NCBI GenBank assembly: GCA_051294375.1 | Contig: CM119263.1 | Coordinates: 25,511,367-25,575,366 of the forward strand | Direction of reading: 5' to 3' | DNA: 64,000 nucleotides | DNA from: Paraspadella gotoi | Lineage: Eukaryota > Animalia > Chaetognatha | In this document: positions 47,936 to 57,030 of the stretch, piece after piece | How the letters are laid out: each line of letters opens with the position of its first letter | How positions within the stretch are numbered: position 1 is the first letter of the stretch | Position numbers and translations under genes: made by a program | The notes under the pieces: model-generated | Told to the model about the DNA's origin: nothing | Seen by the model: the letters and a program-made list of their open reading frames with translations, nothing else | Databases searched by the model: none

Positions 47936-48098
47936 TTAAAGAAAGTTGGATTTGAGTGGAATGTGACAACGATTAGATTTTATTAGCATAAAACAGAAAT
48001 GTTAACGCTGATGAAGGCTTGCAAGCAAAGCCGAAACATGTCTGTTTTATGCTAATAAAATCTAATCGTTGTCACATTCCAAATCAAACTTTCTTTAA
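47936..48098 (+). ncRNA. Minimal type I hammerhead ribozyme motif inside an inverted repeat (Penelope-like pseudo-LTR remnant)
   Basis: CTGATGA-A-GGCTT/gcaagca/AAGCC-GAAAC-AT-GTC at 48008-48042. Stem I AACG/TGTT is possible. Flanked by perfect 40-bp inverted arms (47958-47997 and 48041-48080) that extend imperfectly outward. Confidence 0.75.
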
Positions 48099-49358
48099 AT
48101 TTGGAATAAAAAAAAGTCATGCAATTCTGCAGATTCCTTGTTCATCATTTTCTATTTTATAATGGAATTAAGTACCTCAGCCCAAACAGATAACAGATAA
48201 AAAATATTTATTAAAATATCGTTTGTGAAATGTGCTTACCTCAATTTTTCTTTAAATAAATACAATTTTACAAGGATAAGAAAAAAGAATCGACTTTTTC
48301 CATTTTTTAAAGTTTTTTCTCTCTTTCCATTTAGGATCCTAAAACGGCTCGGAAACAATGTTTTTAATATCATACATACTTGAAATATTTCCGAATTAAG
48401 TCATTTTCATTTTATTTTTCTCCCACTTCACATTCCTCGTTTCTTGAGGTGACGCAATCTGATTCGATCTTTGCCGCAGCTGCTGCTTGTCGCTGCTGCA
48501 CACGCGGGAAGGCCGCTCAGCTGCAGCCTGGAAAAATAGATCCGTTGCGAAGGAAACCGGTTCATTCGCTTTTGCGAATTCGCTCGTGGTTGTTGTTGTT
48601 GTTAGGACTTTCTAGGACCAAGTATCAAATGAAAGCGGGTTAAATAAAATGTAATTTGTTTTAAAAATTATTGACTTTCCCGACTCAGGGTTCATTCACA
48701 CTTCCCAGGCTCAGGGCTCCATCAAAATTCATAAGATAAGGCTTTTAACTGCTTGATATCGAATCAATTTATTCGGGAGAAATGAAAAGTTCTTGTTTTA
48801 AAGCCAAATGATGAGGAAGAAAAAAGGATTGAAATCGAATTTGAAAGCAACGAGACTTACTTTCGCCCAAAGGCAGACGACGACGACGATGACGACGATC
48901 GATTACTCACCTTTCGTCTTTCAAGCGACGAAGGCTGGTCCAGACTCGATCGTCTAATGTCGTTGTGTCGTTGAGATTGTTTTGCGGCGGCAAAAAGTAA
49001 AGTTCGACGGTCGAGTTCTTTGAAATTAGTGTCGAAATTAGTTCCTCACCTCGAATTACTCTGTTCGTGGACTTACTTTAAATAAATTAAACAATTTTTT
49101 TTATTTTAAATGCAATTCTTAAATTAATAATTTGCGTCATCGTAATCTTTAAAATGTTTTTGACTATTCTTTTGATTCAATCACCGACGCAACTATCGAC
49201 AACCATTAAATAAAAACGACAATTCACGATTCAACGCGCAATTCTGCAACAATCCCCTTCTCTTTGTCTCCACCCAATGATTCATTTAAATTTCTCCTCA
49301 TTTACCCCCCCCTTCTTCTACAATCCCACCATCTAATCACATTAAAAAGAAAAATAAG

Positions 49359-52300
49359 ATGAAATCGTTCAAGACTAAATCGAAAAAGGAAGAGACGGAG
49401 TCATTCATCCCTGACTCGACTCGTTTCCTGGCGTCGAGGCCACCGAAGGCGCCGGGTCGCACTCCCGTCGCCCATTTCCTCAACAACCAAGGTAAAGTAG
49501 GCGCCGCTGGCTCCATCGCCGGCTCCAGCGATTCCGGCTTCTCTCGGCGATCCTCGATCAATTCCGGCATGGTCGGCTCTCGACTCTCCGGCAAGGACGA
49601 CGACTCTCTCGATTCCGGCTTCTCGAATTCCTCTCGGCCTTCCTCGAAGTCTCTCTTCCCGTCGAACACCCGTTCCTCCGACCTCGGCTCCACGCTAGAG
49701 GGCGACGAGCTGGTGCGCTTCGCCTCCGTGGCGCTGCTGTCCGCCGACAACAGCATCGGAGACGACGCCTTTCGCCGACTCCAGCGCGAGAAGAACGGTC
49801 TCCATGGCAACGGATATCGCGAGAAATGCTTCGTCGACTATTTTCGCGTCACCGACGAAAACTTTTTTGGCGTCACCCACGCCGGCGTCTTCGGACCGGC
49901 GCCGCTGAAATACGTCGTCGTCGTTCAGGCCGAGGATCTCGTCATTCCCGATCGATACGAGCGCCGTCTGGGGAAGTACTTGAGTGTCCTGAGTCTCCGC
50001 GCCCCCGTCGGCGTTCGCGTTCGCGTCACGCCTGTCGTCGTTGGCTCGGCGACCGTCACCAGTGTCAGCGCCCTCCACGAAGGGCGCGTCCCGGCCAACG
50101 TGATCGTCGAGACGCTGACGCCGCTGCAACACGTCAACCCGCAAAACTTTCTAGTCGACGCTTGTGACGTTCCGCAGAGTCTCCTCGAGGACTTTGCCAT
50201 GGGAGGACTCTCTCACTGGAGGTCAAAATTTGGCGAATGGGCGGACGATTTGCCGCTGGAAAACCCGCACATTTTCTCGGCTCCTCACTACAGCAATTCT
50301 TTTCTCGACACAGTTATTCTATTCCATCCGCACCAAATGCTCAAATTCTTGCTGCGGCCTTTGGCTGAAGATAAGTTGGAGCCTTTCTATCTCGAGCTTT
50401 TCCACAGTCGAGAGGCGACGGAAATGGCGATGAATCTTGCGAAACGAGGCTTGATCACCGAGGAAGCGTTGTTCCACTTTTTCTGCACAGAATTAGGGAT
50501 GAGATCGAGCGACGACGATTCCACCAAAACATTCGAAGTTGTGATGAACCACATTGTGGACAAAGGGATCGTTTATCCGGTGCCGGAACCCGCCGAGTTG
50601 TACTATGCCGTCAAAAGATGGTTCTTCGATCCGTTCCTGATTCGCCGACGATCCAATCCCATCGAAGCCATACCTCTCCACATCAGTTCTTGCGACAAAA
50701 AGATCGGCGTCGAGATTCGAATCCCAGATATTCATCGCGTCCCAGATGACGTCTTCTCCTTGATCAGCACCGTGTTGCACGAGCACTGCAACGGTCGCAT
50801 CGAAGTAGATTCCCATTCGGCCAGCGGAAAGTGCGGCAAGGTCTCCGTCTTACTGCAGAACGGCGCCGTCAACGCGAGCAACCCGTTCCAGTTGCGTCAT
50901 TTCGCGGGAACGACGTTTTTGGTGTTCGTCTCTGGCGGCGATGTGGGTTTAGTGTGGATCATGGTCATGGCCATTGTTGACTCCATCAAAATGATCCTCT
51001 CAGAGGGCTGGCCGGGTCTGACTTATCAATTCGTCCTCTCCTGCCCCAGCGTGCTACAAGGTTGTCAGACCTCGACATCGATCTCGGACCACGGACTCTT
51101 GCATTCGAGCATCGTGACCCAAAGCCAACCTTATTTTTGTCTCAACTGTCAGCGGGATATCGACCCAGAGCTCATGAGCCCCGTTTCCAATCATACCCTC
51201 GATCGATTTTCGCGAAGTCTCGAAGGTTACGAGAACGAGACGGGTCTGGACGGATATTTCGTGAAAAAATCCAAGTCGAAGCGAACCTGGCAATGTATAA
51301 CGAGATGCTTTAAACCTTGTGAAAAAGAAGCTGAAGAAAACAATGAAAACAACAACGAAGAAAACAGTCATGAGAGCAAAGAAAAGGCTCGACTGACGAG
51401 GAACATGCAACCTCAACTCCGCAGCAGCGTCAACTACGAACGAAGGCGTACAGAAGAAGACAGCGACGACGGATCGAGTCTTGATTCTTCCGTCCACGAG
51501 GCTGGAGAAGTTTATCCTCGAATTAGTCAAATCAGTGACGTCGCTTTAAATGGTCGAGCGGCACCTCAAGTAATGGCGGAAAGCAGCTTACCAAGTCAGA
51601 TCGATTACCTCAAAGCACCCACCAACGATGGAGCCAGAAACCAGAATGAGTATCATTACGATTTTCCTCCATCAAGCAACGTCACTCCCACGGACCGCTT
51701 CGCCAATCAACCCGTCAGAAACCACGCATCACCTTCAAACATGGGCACTTTCGCCTTTTCCCCGCATGAAGATCACGGCCATCGGTCGATGGCCAATTGG
51801 CGAGAGACGCAACTCGCCATCAAGCATCTCGCCAACAAGAGTTATCCTTGTCTCTGCACAAAGACCCAACTCATGAACGGTCAAGAGATTGTGAAGCCGA
51901 GGGCGACGGCCATTCTTCTGCGATACAACCCGCATTCCGGATTCGGGATTGTACTGACCAATTTTCACGTCTACGACCGCGTCTACCCGGACGAACTCTA
52001 CGCGACTTTTACTTTTTACGAAAAGGAAGACCTGACGCCGGCGTCGCTCTCCCATTATCTAGTCCCCTTCAACGGGCACATCCCGGGCGTCCACAGCCCC
52101 GTCGACGGCACGGATCACATCTTCATGGAGATGAGGCCCACGAGCGAGCAGTTCGACCCTGATCTTCACCCCGTGGGTCACCTTATTCCCCGCACCTTTC
52201 ATCCCAGTTTTTGGGTCGAGAACGACCGGCTCATCCTTGTCGGGTATCCCTTCAGCAATCCCAAGCTGTGGGAGATTGTGCAGACCCAGATGGAAATCAC

Positions 52301-52721
52301 GGGAGCCGTGGCCTTGGAGGTGGTCAAGGACGCCAAGTATTACCTCGACAACGGCCTCGGCGGCGTCGTCAGCGCCGCTCACGAGTTCCTCACTTTTCGG
52401 AGACCCAACCCGAATAACGAGGTCGTCTTGAGAGCGGCTGACATCGTCGCCCATCCAATGCTGCTTCCGCTGGAGCTGCAGATCCTGCTGGACCGGCGAC
52501 GCATCAATCTCAAGTGTCTCTCCCGATGGGGTGCCTCTGGAGGCCCCCTGTTGACGACCAAGCAGCGGGGGTCGCGATGCGAGGCGTTGGTTGCCTTTTA
52601 CGCCGGAGGATTTCCCCACGCGGCCACGAGGGGTCAGGACTTTGTACTCGAACACGGGGTCAAGATGCAGTACGTGCAAGTAGAGAGGATCGCCGGGGGT
52701 CAGCCAGAGAGGTTGTTTTAA
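49359..52721 (+). CDS. Intronless 1120-aa protein: degenerate Roc-COR (MFHAS1-like) module fused to a FAM111-like trypsin-fold serine protease
   Basis: Uninterrupted 3.36 kb ORF with coding-like composition. Roc-like YVVVVQAEDL...LGKYLSVLSLRAP...VVVGS; COR-like DTVILFHP, VPDDVF and ILSEGWPGLTYQFVLSCP...CLNC. Protease motifs LTNFHV (His870), GTDH (Asp919), LILVGYP, GASGGP (Ser1060) and LVAFYAGG. Confidence 0.8.
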   Translation: MKSFKTKSKKEETESFIPDSTRFLASRPPKAPGRTPVAHFLNNQGKVGAAGSIAGSSDSGFSRRSSINSGMVGSRLSGKDDDSLDSGFSNSSRPSSKSLFPSNTRSSDLGSTLEGDELVRFASVALLSADNSIGDDAFRRLQREKNGLHGNGYREKCFVDYFRVTDENFFGVTHAGVFGPAPLKYVVVVQAEDLVIPDRYERRLGKYLSVLSLRAPVGVRVRVTPVVVGSATVTSVSALHEGRVPANVIVETLTPLQHVNPQNFLVDACDVPQSLLEDFAMGGLSHWRSKFGEWADDLPLENPHIFSAPHYSNSFLDTVILFHPHQMLKFLLRPLAEDKLEPFYLELFHSREATEMAMNLAKRGLITEEALFHFFCTELGMRSSDDDSTKTFEVVMNHIVDKGIVYPVPEPAELYYAVKRWFFDPFLIRRRSNPIEAIPLHISSCDKKIGVEIRIPDIHRVPDDVFSLISTVLHEHCNGRIEVDSHSASGKCGKVSVLLQNGAVNASNPFQLRHFAGTTFLVFVSGGDVGLVWIMVMAIVDSIKMILSEGWPGLTYQFVLSCPSVLQGCQTSTSISDHGLLHSSIVTQSQPYFCLNCQRDIDPELMSPVSNHTLDRFSRSLEGYENETGLDGYFVKKSKSKRTWQCITRCFKPCEKEAEENNENNNEENSHESKEKARLTRNMQPQLRSSVNYERRRTEEDSDDGSSLDSSVHEAGEVYPRISQISDVALNGRAAPQVMAESSLPSQIDYLKAPTNDGARNQNEYHYDFPPSSNVTPTDRFANQPVRNHASPSNMGTFAFSPHEDHGHRSMANWRETQLAIKHLANKSYPCLCTKTQLMNGQEIVKPRATAILLRYNPHSGFGIVLTNFHVYDRVYPDELYATFTFYEKEDLTPASLSHYLVPFNGHIPGVHSPVDGTDHIFMEMRPTSEQFDPDLHPVGHLIPRTFHPSFWVENDRLILVGYPFSNPKLWEIVQTQMEITGAVALEVVKDAKYYLDNGLGGVVSAAHEFLTFRRPNPNNEVVLRAADIVAHPMLLPLELQILLDRRRINLKCLSRWGASGGPLLTTKQRGSRCEALVAFYAGGFPHAATRGQDFVLEHGVKMQYVQVERIAGGQPERLF

Positions 52722-53235
52722 AATTTGAAAGATCGACATATTGTGAAAGCTACATTTAATTCATTTCTAATATCTCGTTATTAATAATTAGTGTCTGCCT
52801 CTTTAGAGATTTTAATTGTAAGTTATAAGAAATGAAACTTCGACGGCACAATTGTAAGTATTTATTAAGTATATATATATATTAAGTATATAGTAAATTT
52901 TTTGAAGAGCTCTTCAAATATGGCTTTTTATCATCCTCTGTGAAAACCGTCAATCGAAACATATGAAATTGTTTTATATTACTGTACTTTTTACATTACC
53001 TCAAATGCTACAGAAAATTTGTTTACACACTACAGTAGTTCTTAAAAATTTTCGTTATAATACTAATCTTTTGGGTACATTGATGTACAAAAAACGTGAC
53101 ATTCCAGATTTGGAAATCGTTATTACGTATTGTATTGAAAAAAGATCGAAGCAGAGAATGAGAGAAAGAGAAGAAGAAAGGTTATGTTTAGATCTGGTTT
53201 TAATGACTGCCGAAGATATATGGGTAGAAAGAGAA

Positions 53236-53270
<35 letters not shown>

Positions 53271-54740
53271 TATTATAATATAATAATAATAATAATAATA
53301 TTTTTTTTGTTTGGTTCTCAAGTATTATGGTTAAAAGTAAATATAAATTGCTTTATAGTCGTTTTGACTCGTCGCTTCGACGAGTTCGGAAACGTTTCGA
53401 CTTGGGAGACATCTTTTTAACTTACAAAGTATTGATCTGACTTGTAAAATATCGTTTTGACGCGTTTTTTTAACTAGCAATATATTATTTTGACTAGCGA
53501 AATGTTTTAATTAAGTAAATATAATTTTAACTCACAAAATAAGTTTTAATCCTATACCTATACTATCCCATATGCATGTCTGTGATAAAAGGGGCATCCA
53601 TTCGTAATCTTGGTGGTTACTTCCCTTTCAAGGTCACGTAAAAGCCGAGTTGGAAAAATTCGTTAGAATGATGTTATATTCATTATGTCTTTCTAATGTT
53701 TATCTTTGAGTTAATTGTTAATTTGTCTGATTGTCTGATAATAACAAAGTTCTGTACTTTGGTTTTCATAAAAAAAAAATCCATAAAATATCTGTACTTA
53801 TTTTCATTTTTATGTATTAATTTCGATTTAAAAAATGAGAATTATAAAATTTTCGCTGATACTGATTTTGATGTTGAGTTTTCAAAAATTATTATTTTTT
53901 GATTAAATTACAGTTACAATTAGTTTTATCATTTGATAAGCTATTTGATTAAAATAATAATAATAAACAGCGCCGGTATAAATAAAAATATAATCATATT
54001 TGGCGCCATTTTAATTTGTTCTTTCTCTATTTGGTTCATAATTTTTTATTTTTCATAATTCTTTATAGTTTATAAGATTTCTTTAAAAACAAAAGGTGGC
54101 GCCAGTAGTCGCTTAGATTTGATTTTTAACAAATGAGCAACAAACTATAGGCAAGTTATATGCGTTTTTAACATAAGTGGGACATACCGACGGACAGACA
54201 TACCGACGGACCGACCGACCGCAACTAAAATGCTATGTGATAAACTTCCAAAAACGTCAACAACCAGAAAAAGAGCCGAAATTTCGATATCGCGCGATAC
54301 GATGCCATAATTTCCGATATTTAAAACTGTGATTTGTTCGCTCGGAGTTAGTTCACATTTCCAGAAAAAGTTTGCCCAGTGATTTTCGAATACGCATCTT
54401 TTTGGCGGCACGAATTTCGTTTTTGAAATTTCGTCTTTGAAATCTTAGAGGGCGACAAATAATTATAAAATATCGCACGATTTTATACCAAATACAAATT
54501 GAAAAAAGTTCGGACTAAAATGGTTTCGATGATACAGTAGCATTGCGCCGTTACATCAATGAAATAATTATTAATCATATTAATTATTTATAAATTAGAT
54601 GTTCTGATATAATACAGCTAGTAGAGTGGAGCACTCAAGAACAAAAAAATTATTTGAATGATTGAACAAGGATATTTAGATGTGAGATAGTATGATTAAC
54701 TAGTAATATATTTGTAGTAATATTTTTATAAAATAGTAAA

Positions 54741-54909
54741 TTTCAGGAATAACAGATTTTTAATGTGTAACAACGAATTTTTATTTCATAGGGACATGTT
54801 TCAACTCTGTGGTTGAGAGTCTGATGAAAACTCTCAATCACAGAGTTGAAACATGTCCCTATGAAATAAAAATTCGTTGTTACACATTAAAAATCTGTTA
54901 TTCCTGAAA
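54741..54909 (+). ncRNA. Hammerhead motif at the centre of an ~80-bp-arm palindrome
   Basis: CTGATGA-A-AACTCT/caatcac/AGAGTT-GAAACATGTC at 54821-54857. Arms 54741-54820 and 54830-54909 are near-perfect reverse complements. Confidence 0.72.
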
Positions 54910-55403
54910 CACAAACACAACGAAAAAAGAAAGAATCACAACAAAATAGTAAATTTAAAAAATAATTTTTTTAAAACTTTTAATAAAGATTCTTCATAAA
55001 AAGTTTAATAAAAATATAAAACATGTTATCAAAAGTTATGTCATCTTCAGCATTTAAAATGAGAAAAAAGGTAAAAATTCATGACTTTTTATTTTCTGTA
55101 GTGGAAACTTATATATGTTAAAATGTTTCAGTCATTTTTTGCGATCTAAACATTAAAATATCATTTAACATATTTTATAAAAGTTTCTTTGTTTTTTATG
55201 GCGAATCCAAATCTGCTCTTAAAAATAAAATAAAAATTATTTTGAAATTTAACAATTTTATAAGGATATTACTACATAAATAATTGAATTTACGATACTG
55301 TTATGCGAAAAAAAAATTTCAAAGGATTTAAAATTTGTTAATTATTTGTCCATAGGCAGCAAAAAAAACAATGTTCAATCGCTCAATCTTTTCATCAGTC
55401 TAT

Positions 55404-56223
55404 CAGCAGATCCCGACTCTATAATTCACTTTGTCGCTCCGTCGGTCCGCCCCCTCAATATAGTCAGGCATTGACTTATATCATGTCAGAACATCAAATT
55501 ATGATAAATTATGCAAAAAAAACGATGTCCGTCCATCCGTCCATCTGTCTGTCTGTCTGTCTGTCTGTCCGTCCATCCTACCTTAGCAAAAAACACCAAT
55601 TACTCGTGATTGCATAGATGGAATGAAATTTTGTGTGTGGGTAAGGAAATGTGTGATTGAGCTGGATATGAAGTTTCGATGGAATCGTCTGAGTGGAAAT
55701 GAGTTTAAATGGAAAAAAAAAAAAAATTTATAATTTGAACACCAATTACTCATGAGTGGATTTGGCGATTGACCTATAATTTTGTAAGTGGGTAGGAAAT
55801 TGTGTGATTAAGCTGGAAATAAAGTTTCGATGGAATCATCAAAGTAGAAATGAGTTAAAATGGAAAAAACAAAAAACCTGTTTCACTAATTAATTATGCT
55901 TCTTTTTCTTTTTATAGTAAATGTAAATGCAAGATGTATTAATTAATCAAATAATTATTCAGTTAATTAATCAATTAGTCAATTAATTAATCAATAATTA
56001 ATTAAGCAGTCAATCAATCAAATCAATCATTATCGGCATTATTATCATCGTCGTCATTGCTTTTGTCGTGGTTAGTAACGAAAAGACCTAAAAACAAACA
56101 TTTTGGATAAAATTAATTAATTAATTGCCTAATTAATTAATTAACTTAAATTATTTAATTATTAATTAATTAATTACCGATAATGATTGTAGGCAGATCC
56201 GACATTGTTTGCTCAAACTTGTT
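55404..56223 (+). mobile_element. HINE-like family 1 copy
   Basis: GCAGATCCCGACTCTATAATTCACTTTGTCG start, GTCY tract, central repeats and CTCAAACTTGTT end. Confidence 0.72.
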
Positions 56224-56809
56224 TGATTAGTAACAACTCAGTCTGTTTATAATTATATGGTTGAAGGGTTTTATTTTATGGTGTCTGCTATATAGGCTTC
56301 TTTCAATTCTTAACTTTCTAAATAATATATATGGATGTCTTCCTTCTTCATCAACAACCTTTTATAACCCCATCTCTCACTAATTTTTCTGTCCCGAATT
56401 ACCAAACTAATTCGAATGATTCGATAATTCTTGACAACTCGTAACTATTTTTTAATATTAGGATTAAAAATTAAAACGAAACAATACTTCGTCAACATAC
56501 TGTGAATTGCTGTTACTGATTTAACAAGAACCAGAATTCACAATCAGTTTACTACTACGGAAGAGTTATAAAATAGGCAGAAACCACTCGCAGAAACCAC
56601 TCGCAGAAACCACTCGCTGAGCTCTGAACAATTCGACAACAGATCCTCTTCACCTGAGAATCCATAAATATAAAAAAAAACCTAAAGTGAAAAAGAAGAT
56701 GAAAGCAAACCGTTTTGTGAGGTGATTTGCTAACGATAATTCCCCCCCCCCTTCCTACTTCGCCTGACTCGCTTCGTCCTCCTTTTCGTTGCTCAATATT
56801 CTGCTTCGT

Positions 56810-57030
56810 CGCTCGCAATGACGTCATAGCCATGGAGGGGGGGGTTACGATTAAGGTGAGAGAGAGGGGGGCGGGTGAAGGTTGTCGGGGCGCGCCGGAA
56901 ATTGCGAAGCCGTCGTCGGCGATAAAAACGTCTCGGAATGACGCTTCTGCTACGATTTGTTCAAACGAAGAGAAATGACACTTCCGATGCTCGGAATGAA
57001 GCCTCTCACGAGAAAGAAGAAAATCCAGGT
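56810..57030 (+). promoter_or_regulatory. Putative promoter and non-coding first exon, possibly for SNAP-25
   Basis: Perfect CRE TGACGTCA (56819-56826), GC box GGGGCGGG (~56868) and ETS-like CCGGAA (~56895), followed by a donor CAG|GTATAG at 57029. An acceptor TTTTGCAG at 63083 precedes the SNAP-25 ATG. Confidence 0.4.

Noticed and set aside
52059-52739. 226-aa and other antisense ORFs over the 1120-aa gene; likewise 63189-63761 over SNAP-25
   Set aside because: Shadow ORFs expected opposite GC3-rich coding sequence.
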